This document shows, piece after piece, positions 10,364 to 21,121 of a stretch of 64,000 nt of DNA. The notes beneath the pieces were generated by a model. That model was not told where the DNA came from. It saw nothing but the letters and a program-made list of their open reading frames with translations, and did not search any database. Position numbers and translations under genes: made by a program. Source of the DNA: Blastocatellia bacterium UBA7656 (GTDB lineage: Bacteria > Acidobacteriota > Blastocatellia > UBA7656). The stretch's first letter is position 1, and every line of letters begins with the position of its first letter. The stretch lies in contig DLHY01000054.1 in the NCBI GenBank assembly GCA_002483445.1, positions 9,149-73,148 on the forward strand, in the 5' to 3' direction.

Positions 10364-12025
10364 ATGTTGAATAACTTAAGATTCAGGTACAAAGTAACTC
10401 TCTTGCCCGCGCTTGCGGCAGGAGCTTTTTTGTTGATCCTTCTCGTGTCCATATTATGGGGGAATGATAACGAGCAACGTCTCAAGCTCATCGAAACCTC
10501 ATACTACCCCTCGCTGGAGATGAGCAGAGACCTGGAAGAAACCCTCTCGTCGATACGGCGGGAAATTCAGTACGCTTCTGCCGCGGGCGATATGCGCGCC
10601 CTGACCGGAGCCGATGCTCTGCGAGACGGTTTTCTGCATCGGTTGGAGAAGGGATGGAACGACTCTGCAATCGGGTTTGACCAGATGCAGCAGATCAGGC
10701 TCGGGATGCAGGACTACTACACGGTGGCTCGCGGAGTCACCCAAAGAATGATAAGCGGTGAAACGGGCGAAGAACTGAGCGCGATCCTCGATTCGGCAAG
10801 CGCCAAATACAACGATCTGGGGCAAAGACTCAGAGCAAACACGGAGAAGGGCAAACAGGAAATTGCCGCGGCATTTGCCAATACACGAGAAACTCAAAAG
10901 AGAGCGACCATAACGATAACGGTGATCATCCTCCTCTGCGTTTCACTGCTGATCGGCGCATCACTGTTCATTACACGCGCAGTGACGAAACCGCTCGGCG
11001 AGGCTGTTCGAGTAGCCAATGCCCTGGCCGGGGGCGACCTCAATAGCAGAATCGAGGTGACTTCAACGGACGAAACCGGGCAGTTGATGTCCGCCATGAA
11101 GGAAATGTCGGAAAAACTCAGCCAGATCATTGGGGAGGCGCGATCCGGAGCAATCGCTCTTTCTTCGGCGGCGGCGCAGGTGTCGTCAACTTCTCAGAGC
11201 CTGTCTCAGGGTACAAGCGAGCAGGCGGCAAGCGTCGAGGAGACTACATCAAGCCTGGAGCAGGTGGGAGCATCTGTCAGCCAGAACGCAGAAAACAGCC
11301 GTCGGACCGAGCAGATTGCCATTAAAGCGGCAAGGGATGCAGAAGAAAGCGGCAAGGCCGTCCAGAATACAGTTGAAGCGATGAAGTCGATAGCCGAGAG
11401 AATATTGATCATCCAGGAAATCGCCTACCAGACCAATCTCCTGGCCCTCAACGCTGCCATCGAAGCCGCGCGTGCGGGGGAATACGGAAAGGGTTTTGCC
11501 GTCGTCGCTTCCGAAGTGCGGCGTCTGGCCGAGCGAAGCCAGATGGCGGCAAAAGAGATCGGAGGGCTGGCTTCCTCAAGCGTGAAAGTAGCCGAGCAAT
11601 CCGGTCAGTGGTTGATGGAGTTGGTGCCTTCGATTCGCAAGACAGCCGATTTGGTTCAGGACGTGGCGGCGGCATCGAGCGAGCAGGCGACCGGTGTGAT
11701 GCAAATGAGCAAGGCGATGAATAAGGTCGAGCAGGTGACCCATCGCAACGCTTCGGCTGCGGAAGAGCTTGCATCGACAGCCGAAGAATTGTCCTCCCAG
11801 GCGCAGGTGCTCCAGCACTTGGTAGAGTTTTTCCGGGTGGACGGAAATGTAGAAAACCGGCGCGATGGAACCGTTTCTCGTGCGCGCTGGGCGGGTCAGC
11901 CACCGCTCTCCACAGCCCTCAGCCCAGTTGGAAGCCATTCGCCGGTCAGCACAAACCTGACTACGAATGGAGACAGGCGGATATCAGAAGAGGCTATGCC
12001 CGATCTGGACTTCAGGCGGTTTTAG
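10364..12025 (+). CDS. methyl-accepting chemotaxis protein (two TM segments, periplasmic helical sensor, HAMP, MA domain)
   Basis: TM1, ~170-aa periplasmic region, TM2, HAMP, then the conserved MCP signalling domain ([34 protein letters not shown]). Confidence 0.85.
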   Translation: MLNNLRFRYKVTLLPALAAGAFLLILLVSILWGNDNEQRLKLIETSYYPSLEMSRDLEETLSSIRREIQYASAAGDMRALTGADALRDGFLHRLEKGWNDSAIGFDQMQQIRLGMQDYYTVARGVTQRMISGETGEELSAILDSASAKYNDLGQRLRANTEKGKQEIAAAFANTRETQKRATITITVIILLCVSLLIGASLFITRAVTKPLGEAVRVANALAGGDLNSRIEVTSTDETGQLMSAMKEMSEKLSQIIGEARSGAIALSSAAAQVSSTSQSLSQGTSEQAASVEETTSSLEQVGASVSQNAENSRRTEQIAIKAARDAEESGKAVQNTVEAMKSIAERILIIQEIAYQTNLLALNAAIEAARAGEYGKGFAVVASEVRRLAERSQMAAKEIGGLASSSVKVAEQSGQWLMELVPSIRKTADLVQDVAAASSEQATGVMQMSKAMNKVEQVTHRNASAAEELASTAEELSSQAQVLQHLVEFFRVDGNVENRRDGTVSRARWAGQPPLSTALSPVGSHSPVSTNLTTNGDRRISEEAMPDLDFRRF

Positions 12026-12030
12026 GAGGG

Positions 12031-12642
12031 ATGACTATTATGAGCGCAATGGTTGAAACCCACAATCAGACTCAATACTTCACCTTCTACCTGGCGGGAG
12101 AAGAGTATGCCATTGCCGTTCTCAAGGTGAAAGAGATCATTGAATACTCCGAGATCACCCGTGTGCCGAGGACTCCGCAATTCATTCGCGGGGTAATAAA
12201 CCTGCGCGGAAGCGTAGTGCCTGTCGTTGACCTGGCTGTTAAATTCGGCTTGCCGGAAAGCCTCGTCACCAAGTGGACATGCATAGTGATCGTTGAGGTA
12301 GACCTGGAGGGCGAGCAGACTGTGATGGGGATAATGGCTGATAGCGTCAACCAGGTCATCGACTTGCTGCCGGAGGATATAGAAATGCCACCGAGCTTCG
12401 GGACGCGGGTACACATCGACTACCTGTCGGGGATGGGAAAAGCCGGCAAGAAGTTCGTGCTGATCCTGGATATAGACCGAGTGCTATCGACTAACGAGTT
12501 GCAAGCAGCCGCCTCACTGCAAGCGTCGCAACCAGAGGAGCTATCCCAGGTGGATAACGAGGGATCATCGGATTCGGCAGCAGAAGGATTTTCGCCGCAG
12601 GATGACTTCGTGATGAGAGATGAGGAGGTCAGTCTCTTATGA
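12031..12642 (+). CDS. cheW: CheW coupling protein with acidic C-terminal tail
   Basis: CheW-like core (FTFYLAGEEYAIAVLKVKEII...VINLRG). Confidence 0.8.
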   Translation: MTIMSAMVETHNQTQYFTFYLAGEEYAIAVLKVKEIIEYSEITRVPRTPQFIRGVINLRGSVVPVVDLAVKFGLPESLVTKWTCIVIVEVDLEGEQTVMGIMADSVNQVIDLLPEDIEMPPSFGTRVHIDYLSGMGKAGKKFVLILDIDRVLSTNELQAAASLQASQPEELSQVDNEGSSDSAAEGFSPQDDFVMRDEEVSLL

Positions 12643-13520
12643 TGGGAGTGGATCACAGGAGGGTGACTCCCCAGTCGATAACCGATAGAGAATTCGGACT
12701 GTTTCAAGCATTGATCCACCGCGAGACAGGTATCTATCTCCCTCCGGCCAAGAAGGCTCTGCTGGTCGGGAGACTCAGCCGACGTTTGCGCGAGATGGGG
12801 CTGACTTCCTTTGCCGAGTATTATTGCAGAGTAGTCGAAGGCGACGACCAGGAACGCGTTCGGATGATCGACAGCATTTGCACGAATGAAACCCACTTTT
12901 TCCGCGAGCCTGGCCAGTTCGACTTTCTCCGGCAGCATATCTATCCGCAGTGGATCAGGGAGGCGGAGTCAAGGTCGAGACCCAAACAGATAATGGTGTG
13001 GAGCGCAGCCTGCTCTACGGGCGAAGAGCCATACTCGATTGCTATGAGCCTGCTTTCTCACTTTCCGCTCGATACGGGCTGGCAGATTGAGATACTGGCA
13101 ACCGATTTATCGACCAGAGTCCTGGAAAAGGCTCGCAATGCAGTCTGGCCTCTGGAAAAATCAAGGGAGATACCCACTCCGTACCTCAAGCAATTCATGC
13201 TCAGGGGTACACGATCTCAGGAGGGGGTGATGAGAGCCGGACCGGAGATAAGGTCGGTGATTCGCTTTCACTATCTCAACCTCAACGCAGACTCCTATCC
13301 TGTGAGCGGCGATTTCGATTTGATCTTCTGCCGCAACGTCATGATTTATTTCAACGCGGAGACCAGGCGTCGAACGGTCGTAAAACTCCTCAACCATCTC
13401 AATCCGACGGGCCATCTGTTGCTCGGACATGCAGAGAGCCTCAATGGCGTGACCGACCAGGCACGCTGTGTTATCCCGACCGTGTACTCGCCATCGGGAG
13501 TTAAAAAACCGCCAGGATGA
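12639..13520 (+). CDS. cheR: chemotaxis protein methyltransferase CheR
   Basis: CheR N-terminal helical domain plus SAM-MTase (IWSAACSTGEEPYSIAM); start overlaps cheW stop. Confidence 0.85.
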   Translation: MMGVDHRRVTPQSITDREFGLFQALIHRETGIYLPPAKKALLVGRLSRRLREMGLTSFAEYYCRVVEGDDQERVRMIDSICTNETHFFREPGQFDFLRQHIYPQWIREAESRSRPKQIMVWSAACSTGEEPYSIAMSLLSHFPLDTGWQIEILATDLSTRVLEKARNAVWPLEKSREIPTPYLKQFMLRGTRSQEGVMRAGPEIRSVIRFHYLNLNADSYPVSGDFDLIFCRNVMIYFNAETRRRTVVKLLNHLNPTGHLLLGHAESLNGVTDQARCVIPTVYSPSGVKKPPG

Positions 13521-13595
13521 AGGTTGCCTGGTGTTTGAAATCCGAATTTGCTGCTTCAATAGTCGTACAGGCTGAGAGGATATTCCCTCTCTGAT

Positions 13596-14729
13596 ATGAG
13601 TAAGGTGAAAGTGACAACAGGAAGAAACGGAGCCTCGGATCGAAAAGGGAGATCCAAAAGACACCTGAATGTGCTTGTGGTCGACGACTCGGCGGTAGTG
13701 CGTCAGGTGATGGCAGGCTTGTTGACCGGGCAGTGCAATATGAGCGCGATTACGGCAGCCGATCCGTTCATCGCCATGCAAAAGATGAAGCAAGCCCGTC
13801 CCGATGTGATCGTCCTCGACCTGGAAATGCCCCGTATGGACGGGCTGACCTTTCTGAGGAAGATCATGGCCGAAGACCCCATTCCGGTGGTGGTCTGCTC
13901 CAGCCTTGCAGGCGAAGGCACGGAAGCCGCCTTTCGCGCCCTCGAAGAAGGCGCTGTCGATATAGTGACCAAACCGCAACTCGGAGTGAAAGGGTTCCTC
14001 GAAGATTCCGCAACGATACTCATCGACACGATTCGCGCTGCGGCCCACGCGCGCGCGATACCCAGGAAGAAAACCTGCGCCGAGCGCATTGCGACCGGCC
14101 CTCTTGTGAGAGCAGACAAACCGCTGCTCGCCGGAACAACGATGAAGGTGGTGGCCATCGGGGCCTCAACCGGAGGAACAGAGGCGCTCAGAACGCTGCT
14201 CGAAGCGATGCCGTCTGATTGCCCTGGCATCGTGATCGTCCAGCACATGCCGCAGCTTTTCACCGCTGCATTCGCCCGCCGCCTCAACCAGATTTGCAGA
14301 ATCGAAGTGAAAGAGGCAGTCAATGGCGACAACCTTATCGAAGGCAGGGCGCTGATTGCGCCTGGAAACAAACACATGTCGCTTGATCGCAACGGCGCGC
14401 ACTACATTGTAAGGATCACCGATGGGCCTCTGGTCTCGCGTCACCGGCCCAGCGTCGATGTATTGTTCCGGTCTGTCGCTCGCGCTGCAGGTGTGAACGC
14501 CGTCGGAGTGATAATGACCGGGATGGGAGATGACGGTGCTGCTGGCTTGCTGGAGATGAGGGATGCGGGTGCTGCGACCATAGCACAGGATGAAAGAACT
14601 TCGGTGGTATTTGGCATGCCCAAAGAGGCCATTGTCAGAGGCGCTGTTGATGAGGTGGTTCCGCTTCCTAAGATACCATCGATCATTCTGAAGAGGGCAG
14701 GACGACCGTGCCAAGAAGGACGTAACTGA
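13596..14729 (+). CDS. cheB: protein-glutamate methylesterase CheB (REC plus methylesterase)
   Basis: N-terminal receiver ([12 protein letters not shown]...[10 protein letters not shown]) and C-terminal CheB_methylest ([10 protein letters not shown]...GMGDDGA). Confidence 0.85.
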   Translation: MSKVKVTTGRNGASDRKGRSKRHLNVLVVDDSAVVRQVMAGLLTGQCNMSAITAADPFIAMQKMKQARPDVIVLDLEMPRMDGLTFLRKIMAEDPIPVVVCSSLAGEGTEAAFRALEEGAVDIVTKPQLGVKGFLEDSATILIDTIRAAAHARAIPRKKTCAERIATGPLVRADKPLLAGTTMKVVAIGASTGGTEALRTLLEAMPSDCPGIVIVQHMPQLFTAAFARRLNQICRIEVKEAVNGDNLIEGRALIAPGNKHMSLDRNGAHYIVRITDGPLVSRHRPSVDVLFRSVARAAGVNAVGVIMTGMGDDGAAGLLEMRDAGAATIAQDERTSVVFGMPKEAIVRGAVDEVVPLPKIPSIILKRAGRPCQEGRN

Positions 14730-14847
14730 TGATTTCCGAGTATGTATAAATGGTTGACGGGGTGCAAACTAGGCCATTTCAAAGATCAACCATCAACTTC
14801 ACGGTGATGGTCTACTAACTCTATTTCGCATCCCCCCATAATCTGCG

Positions 14848-14872
14848 AACTCTCAATGTCGCCTTTCGCCTA
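14848..14872. terminator. 9-bp-arm inverted repeat GTCGCCTTT-N7-AAAGGCGAC between convergent cheB and the XRE gene
   Basis: Read directly from the sequence; no T-run, so function (terminator versus operator) is uncertain. Confidence 0.3.
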
Positions 14873-14919
14873 TAAAGGCGACAACGCTTGAGGGGCCGCT
14901 CTTGAAAACTCAATGATCC

Positions 14920-15396
14920 TCATTCCCCTACTCTGATAAACTGCGGCATCAGGCCGCCTTCCTCGCAGAAAAGCGACATAGTGAGGAAGTTCTCTAATAT
15001 CCTCACTGACCTTCTGGTAGGGCGATGCCTTCCTGTCTCCCACCCTGCAATATTGCTTTCGTCAATTCCTGTGATCTGTGCCATCCTCTTTCTTGATAGT
15101 CCCATGAGCCTTCGGTATGAAATGAGGCATTCCGTCAGAGGTTCCGGCTCTTCAAAAGGAACGTAGCCGAGAAACTCGATGATCTTGGGCAAATAGCGAA
15201 TCGCCGGGACGACTCGATTCGTTTCCCCATACTGAATCGTAGTCTTATCCACTCCGATCAGATTGGCAATCTCTCTTTGGAGCAGTCCCAATTCGAGCCT
15301 TCTCTTTCTCAAATGGTCTCCCAGAGTGTCGAGGGAAGGGGGATAGCGTGAATCTCTTGGCTTTGTGCCACTTAATGTGACATGGCAAAAAGGCAA
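14920..15396 (-). CDS. XRE-family transcriptional regulator with two tandem helix-turn-helix domains
   Basis: Two HTH_XRE-like segments ([23 protein letters not shown] and [22 protein letters not shown]); track start is a TTG and the true start is uncertain. Confidence 0.6.
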   Translation of the reverse strand: MPFCHVTLSGTKPRDSRYPPSLDTLGDHLRKRRLELGLLQREIANLIGVDKTTIQYGETNRVVPAIRYLPKIIEFLGYVPFEEPEPLTECLISYRRLMGLSRKRMAQITGIDESNIAGWETGRHRPTRRSVRILENFLTMSLFCEEGGLMPQFIRVGE

Positions 15397-15426
15397 CGAA
15401 TCCCTGTCCCTGTGGATTTTTCAATG

Positions 15427-15866
15427 ACCCGACCAGAGAGTGCAAATGCACGCCCATTCAGATTCAGCGTTATGTGTCGAAGATATCGGGGCCGCTGATG
15501 GATCGAATCGATATTCACATAGACGTGCCTGCGGTGAAGATCAAAGAACTCACGGGCGAGGCTCAGGGCGAAAGTTCTCAAGTGATAAGCGAGCGGGTCG
15601 TTCGTGCGCGAAGGACTCAGCTTGAAAGATTTCGCAGCGAGAAGATTTACTGCAACGCAAAGATGAGTCCGCGCCTGATACGAAAGTATTGCGAGATAGA
15701 CCAGCAGTCGAAGGCAATGCTTGAAAACTCGATCACGCGGTTAGGGCTATCGGCCCGCGATTATGATCGCATACTGAAAGTGAGCCGCGGACAGAAGAGG
15801 GCAGGGCCAATCTGTTCTCTGCTCAATCAATCTCTGTTCTGTTTTTCGGGCGGGTCTATCAGATAA
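15427..15866 (+). pseudogene. comM: internal fragment of comM/yifB (Mg-chelatase-related ATPase), truncated at both ends
   Basis: The frame opens just after an in-frame stop at 15426-15428 and reads ...[29 protein letters not shown]...YDRILKVSR, then diverges. The ~350 N-terminal residues are absent, and the divergent XRE gene sits where they should be. Confidence 0.7.
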
Positions 15867-16198
15867 TCGAAGCTGAGCCACAAACTCCGCGCGTACCTGT
15901 AGAAAGCAAGCGGCACCGTGAAGGCAAGAGCCAGGAGGAAATAATAAATGCGCTCGTCTCCCGCTGGCAGTATGAAAAGGCAGACGACGAAAGCTATCAC
16001 GATGACTGCTTCAGTGAAGATGACGTTGATGTAAATGGAACCGACGAAGTAGCCCTGCTCGCGAAGAAAAACCATCCCGCACGAAGAACATCTCTCATTC
16101 GTTTTGACTACCGCGCTGAAGACCCTTCCCTCGCCGCAGGCCGGACATCTCAGCCTAAGCCCGCGAGCGAGAACCTGCTTTGCCCTTTGAAAATTCAC
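15827..16198 (-). CDS. DUF983-family zinc-ribbon membrane protein
   Basis: CPACGEG...CSSCG zinc ribbon followed by two TM helices. Confidence 0.6.
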   Translation of the reverse strand: MNFQRAKQVLARGLRLRCPACGEGRVFSAVVKTNERCSSCGMVFLREQGYFVGSIYINVIFTEAVIVIAFVVCLFILPAGDERIYYFLLALAFTVPLAFYRYARSLWLSFDYLIDPPEKQNRD

Positions 16199-16204
16199 GC
16201 GCGG

Positions 16205-16624
16205 TCAAATCTCGCACATCGCTCTGTCGCTCAGTCCTTTGTTAGTCGATGCGTCGTGCAGGAGTTCGGATACGACTCTTGCGAGTTCAGGCAGCGGTTT
16301 GGGTTTGCGAAGGAAGGCGTCGGCTCCGCGTTCGAGGGCTTCTCGTTCGATTTCAGGAAATCCGTAGGCTGTCAGGATGATGACTTTTGCAGGGATTCGC
16401 TGTCCGCGCACGAAATCGATGAGGTCAAGCCCTTCCATATTATCTGTACCCGTCAGCCTCAGATCGCTTATGACTGCCGAATAATCGTTTTTTGTTGTGA
16501 GCGATTTCGCTTCCTCGATATCCTGCGCGCAATTGACCTCGTAACCTTCGGCCATCAGGTACATTTTCATTGCGAATAGAATAGAAGGCACATCATCGAC
16601 AAGAAGGATGCGGTCTACTGACAT
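16205..16624 (-). CDS. single-domain response regulator (receiver)
   Basis: ILLVDDVPSI...AVISDLRLTG...K receiver signature. Confidence 0.75.
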   Translation of the reverse strand: MSVDRILLVDDVPSILFAMKMYLMAEGYEVNCAQDIEEAKSLTTKNDYSAVISDLRLTGTDNMEGLDLIDFVRGQRIPAKVIILTAYGFPEIEREALERGADAFLRKPKPLPELARVVSELLHDASTNKGLSDRAMCEI

Positions 16625-16783
16625 GCAATGCTCCTTTATCGGCTATCAGACAGGATGTGCGTGGGGGATATCGCACTCAGCCGGTTTTGGGTTCCTCTCA
16701 TGTCCGGCTCACCAGTTCCGGGTTGCCCGTCAACTGCGTGTCTTTTATGTCATGAATGCAGTTGATTAAGCAAGAGAAATTTT

Positions 16784-17701
16784 TTACAACGCCAGAAAGC
16801 GCACCGCGCCGGGAAGGACTCTGACTCGCGCTGGAGTGTGACCGACCATTTCGCCATCTATATCGACGGCCAGAGGAGAGTCTGATGTTATGGAAACCTC
16901 GCGCGCCCTTCGCTCCATCACTTTGGGGTTTTTCAGATGCCCGCCCCATCGTATTCGCGGAAGCTCTCTGATTATGTCCAGCCTTGAGGCGCAATCTGTG
17001 AGAATGACATCCAGCAATCCGTCATCGAGTTCGGCGTGAGGAGCGAACATCATCCCGCCTCCGGCGTATCGCCCGTTGGCTACAGCTATCAGAAAACTTT
17101 CGATCTGAATTTTCCGGTCATCCAGTTCGACTTCGACTCGGACGTTTTTGTACGCGGCGAGCGCGCGGACGGCTGCGGCTGCGTATCGAAGCTGCCCGCC
17201 AAACCATCCAGGGAGACGGTCGCGCCAGCCATTGACTATAGCGACCGCCTCGCCGCCAAGCCCGAACGACGCAAGATTGATCATCGTGCGCGAAGCCGCG
17301 CCGTCTTTCGTGGCGAATGTCGCCTGCGCCGCATCGATCCTTGTGCCTTCGGATTTCAGAATCGAGCCGATATCGACTGATCGCGCCGTGAGCGAACGTT
17401 GAAAATCCGATCCCGTCCCGCTGGCTATCAACCCAATCGAAGCCTCCGGGTTGACCGCATTGCCCGATGAATCGAAGTAGCCGTTGATTATTTCTCCGAG
17501 AGTGCCGTCTCCGCCGACAGCGATCACGCGGCGAGCGCCCCGAATGAGAGCTTCGCGCGTGACTGCTGAGGCCTCGCCCGCGCCGGAGGTCAGATGCTCT
17601 TCGAACTCCGAGCCGGAAAGCTCTCGTCGCGTCTCGCCCCACAAGCGAAGCGTGCGGCCTCGCGCCGAGGCCGGATTGATGATGAAGAGGGTTTCTTTCA
17701 A
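16784..17701 (-). CDS. DAGK_cat-family lipid kinase (YegS/BmrU-like)
   Basis: FIINPASARG...VIAVGGDGTLGEIINGY motif. Confidence 0.7.
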   Translation of the reverse strand: MKETLFIINPASARGRTLRLWGETRRELSGSEFEEHLTSGAGEASAVTREALIRGARRVIAVGGDGTLGEIINGYFDSSGNAVNPEASIGLIASGTGSDFQRSLTARSVDIGSILKSEGTRIDAAQATFATKDGAASRTMINLASFGLGGEAVAIVNGWRDRLPGWFGGQLRYAAAAVRALAAYKNVRVEVELDDRKIQIESFLIAVANGRYAGGGMMFAPHAELDDGLLDVILTDCASRLDIIRELPRIRWGGHLKNPKVMERRAREVSITSDSPLAVDIDGEMVGHTPARVRVLPGAVRFLAL

Positions 17702-17703
17702 AT

Positions 17704-19062
17704 CTATTTAGCGGCAGCCGGAGCGATGGGGGCGCTCTGCCCGGAGAGCTTTTCAATGCGGGTTTCGACTATTCGATTGCGGGTGGTCGCCGTCACAGTC
17801 AACCGCATCCGGTTATAGTCGACGCTTTCGCCCTGTTTGAGCAACCGTCCGGCGCGCGCCATCATGAATCCTGCGATGGTGTGATAGCTGTCCGATTCGG
17901 GAAATCCCAGATAGAGCAGCTTGTTGGCATCCTTGATCGAAAGCCTGCCGCTGACGGTGTAGCTTCCGTCCGGGTGTTCGATGACCTGGCGCGCGGCTAT
18001 CTCGTCGTGTTCGTCCCGTATATCGCCGACTATTTCTTCGATCAGGTCTTCGAGCGTCACAAGCCCTTCGACCCCGCCATGTTCATCTACGACCATTGCC
18101 ATGTGCGCGCTCGATAGTCTCAGACTGCGCAGCGCATCGTTGAGCTTGGCCGACGTGGGCAGAAAAACGGGAGGGCGCATGACTTCTTCGAGGCGGAACT
18201 CAGCCCCTCGCCTCACCACGCGGCTCAGGTCTTTGTAGAGCAGAACGCCGATGATGTTGTCGAGCGAATCGCGATAAACGGGCATACGCGAATAGCCGAT
18301 CTTTTCTAACTGCTCGAGCATTTCAGCCGTTGGAAGGTCTGCGTCGAGAGCTTCGATTTCCGTTCGCGGCATCATCACGCTTTCGACCGTCGCTTCGGTG
18401 AAATCGAAGACGTTCGAGATCAACTGCTCTTCGTCTTCGATCAAGTGGCCGCTCTTATGGCTGAGCGCGATGAGGTGGCGAAGCTCGTCTTCGCTGTACG
18501 ACGACACATGCTCGGCAGTGGCGCGCAATCCGAACAAACTGACGACCTGTATGCCCGCGCGATTGAGCAGCCATATCGGCGCTTTGAAGAGCCTGTAAAA
18601 TATTTCCATCGGGCGCACGACTGCCAGAGCCACTGCTTCGGCCCTCTCAAGCGCAAGCGTTTTGGGAGCGAGTTCGCCCAGCACGATATGAAGGAAAGTG
18701 ATGAGCGTGAAGGCCGCGGCAACAGCCACCGAATGCGCGGCGACTTCAGAAGCACTATCCGGCAGAATGGCGTGAAAGACCGGCGTCAGAAGATGAGCGA
18801 GAGTGGCTTCGGCTATCCACCCCAATCCGAGGCTGGCAAGCGTGATTCCAAGCTGAGTGGCAGAGATGTAAGCGTCGAGTTGATCCAAAGCGCGCAAAAG
18901 CCTTTGCGCTCGCTTGTTGCCTTCAGCAGCCTGCGTTTCGACTCGCGACCTGCGGACGCCTACCAGAGCGAATTCCGATGCGACGAAAAAACCGTTGGCC
19001 AAAACGAGCGCCAGCACCGCGGCCAGCTTGAATAAAACGGCTGAAACGGACGACTCATCCAT
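17704..19062 (-). CDS. HlyC/CorC-family transporter (DUF21-CBS-CorC_HlyC)
   Basis: DUF21 membrane domain, CBS pair, CorC C-terminus. Start taken at internal Met MDESS, because the track start runs into the glpK terminator palindrome. Confidence 0.75.
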   Translation of the reverse strand: MDESSVSAVLFKLAAVLALVLANGFFVASEFALVGVRRSRVETQAAEGNKRAQRLLRALDQLDAYISATQLGITLASLGLGWIAEATLAHLLTPVFHAILPDSASEVAAHSVAVAAAFTLITFLHIVLGELAPKTLALERAEAVALAVVRPMEIFYRLFKAPIWLLNRAGIQVVSLFGLRATAEHVSSYSEDELRHLIALSHKSGHLIEDEEQLISNVFDFTEATVESVMMPRTEIEALDADLPTAEMLEQLEKIGYSRMPVYRDSLDNIIGVLLYKDLSRVVRRGAEFRLEEVMRPPVFLPTSAKLNDALRSLRLSSAHMAMVVDEHGGVEGLVTLEDLIEEIVGDIRDEHDEIAARQVIEHPDGSYTVSGRLSIKDANKLLYLGFPESDSYHTIAGFMMARAGRLLKQGESVDYNRMRLTVTATTRNRIVETRIEKLSGQSAPIAPAAAK

Positions 19063-19102
19063 AGAGACTGCGATTCTATCAACCACCCGTGTTGATGACC
19101 AG

Positions 19103-19145
19103 AGTAGAAGAGTGTGGGAGTATGGGAAATGAAAGTTCATCCCCC
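19103..19145. repeat. G-rich REP-like palindrome (GGGAGTATGGG...CCCATACTCCC) at the glpK 3' end
   Basis: Stem arms are exact reverse complements; related copy at 43880-43970. Confidence 0.5.
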
Positions 19146-19155
19146 ATACTCCCAT

Positions 19156-20655
19156 TCACCCACTCACCCAGCCGCGTGCGCGCTCCAATGCGTGCGTCCA
19201 TCCTTCTACAAGAAGGTCGCGCTCGCTCGCTTTCATCTGCGGCTCGAATGTTCGCTCGCGCTCCCAGAGTCGGGCTATCTCATCTACACCCGGCCAGAAA
19301 CCAACTGCGAGTCCGGCGAGGAAGGCTGCGCCTGCGGCTGTAGTTTCCGTGTTCGAAGGGCGAACTACGGGGATGCCTAAAAGGTCGGCCTGAAACTGCA
19401 TAAGAAAATCATTCTGCACGGCGCCGCCATCGACGCGCAGTTCCTTCAAGTCTATCTTCGAATCCTCGCGCATACATTCGAGCACGTCGCGGGTTTGATA
19501 AGCGATTGATTCGAGCGCGGCGCGAACTATATGCTCGCGCGTCGAGCCGCGAGTAAGCCCCACTATGGTTCCTCGCGCATACTGATCCCAGTGCGGAGCG
19601 CCGAGACCGACGAATGCGGGGACGAAATAAACTCCGCCGTTGTCTCGGACGCTTGCGGCCATCGCTTCGGTTTCTGCTGCGGAAGAAATTATTTTCAATC
19701 CGTCGCGCAACCATTGAATGGCCGCTCCCGCGATGAAGACGCTGCCTTCGAGCGCGTACTGCACAGGTTCCTCGGCGATCTTCCACGCAACGGTCGTGAG
19801 CAGATTATTTTTCGAGGCGACTTTTTCGCTGCCCGTGTTGAGCAGCATGAAGCAGCCCGTCCCGTAAGTATTTTTCGACATGCCTGGAGAAGCGCAGACC
19901 TGGCCTAAGAGAGCCGCCTGCTGATCGCCTGCATTGCCCGCGATTGGAATCGCGCGACCGAAAAGCGAAGGGTCGGTTTCTCCTATCACCGCGCTCGAAG
20001 GCGAGACGAGGGGAAGCGTCTCGCGCGGCACTGAGAGAATTTTCAGAAGCTCGTCATCCCAGTCACCGCGCTCGATGTTGAACATCAGAGTGCGGCTGGC
20101 GTTTGAGGGATCAGTCGTATGCACGCGCCCGCCCGTGAGGTTCCATATCAGCCAGGTGTCGACGGTGCCGAAAGCGAGTCTTCCCTCGCGCGCAAGGTCG
20201 CGCGCGCCGGCGACATTATCCAAAAGCCAGCGGGCTTTCGTTCCTGAGAAGTAAGCGTCGAGGACGAGACCCGTGCGCTGTTGAAAAAGCGACGCAAGAC
20301 CTTCGCTGCGCATACGGTCGCAATCCTCGGCGGTGCGACGGCATTGCCAGACTATTGCGTTATGAACGGGCAAGCCCGTTCGCCGATCCCACATAATGGT
20401 GGTTTCGCGCTGATTGGTGATTCCTATTGCGACCACCTGATCGGGCTTGACGTTCGATTGGGCCAGGACGTTTCGAGCGGCATTGAGTTGAGAAGACCAT
20501 ATATCGTGCGGACGATGTTCGACCCATCCGGGCTGCGGGTAGAGTTGATCGAATTCCTGTTGAGCGACGGCCACAGGTTTTCCGGCGCGGTCGAAGAGAA
20601 TGGCCCGCGAACTCGTCGTACCCTGATCAAGAGCCAGTACATAGTCCTGATTCAT
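19156..20655 (-). CDS. glpK: glycerol kinase
   Basis: [22 protein letters not shown]... full-length FGGY kinase matching GlpK signature regions. Confidence 0.9.
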   Translation of the reverse strand: MNQDYVLALDQGTTSSRAILFDRAGKPVAVAQQEFDQLYPQPGWVEHRPHDIWSSQLNAARNVLAQSNVKPDQVVAIGITNQRETTIMWDRRTGLPVHNAIVWQCRRTAEDCDRMRSEGLASLFQQRTGLVLDAYFSGTKARWLLDNVAGARDLAREGRLAFGTVDTWLIWNLTGGRVHTTDPSNASRTLMFNIERGDWDDELLKILSVPRETLPLVSPSSAVIGETDPSLFGRAIPIAGNAGDQQAALLGQVCASPGMSKNTYGTGCFMLLNTGSEKVASKNNLLTTVAWKIAEEPVQYALEGSVFIAGAAIQWLRDGLKIISSAAETEAMAASVRDNGGVYFVPAFVGLGAPHWDQYARGTIVGLTRGSTREHIVRAALESIAYQTRDVLECMREDSKIDLKELRVDGGAVQNDFLMQFQADLLGIPVVRPSNTETTAAGAAFLAGLAVGFWPGVDEIARLWERERTFEPQMKASERDLLVEGWTHALERARGWVSG

Positions 20656-21121
20656 TCGTTATCCTCCAAAGCAGGTTGCGAAAATGCCGTGCAATGATAG
20701 CACCCGATGCTCGCGTTTCGAAAGACATGTTCGGTTTGCGCTTTATTTCGGAATGACTGATTTTGACTGCATCGGTCAGTCAGTTTGACAGAAAAGGCTT
20801 TTGTGCTGATTGTCACGTAAAACGAGGGGTTTCGATGATTGAAAAACGATATTGAGCGCGGCAGCGGCGCTAGTGGCCAGGGCTAAAAGCAATCATTCGC
20901 CGATGTTAAAGCCGTCTCCTGAAAGGTTGTTTTCGCAACGCGACCTGTGATAAATATGCGCGCCGCGCACGTTTGCTTCATTGGCACATTGATTGAATAA
21001 AGGGGATCGACCTTAGCACTCTATATTTGATTAAAATCCAAGCGGATATTCGCCAAAGCTGTCAGAAGTCGTAGTTGGTTTTCAAAAGACAATGAGCCCC
21101 ACGATTGAGGAAGGGAAGGAT

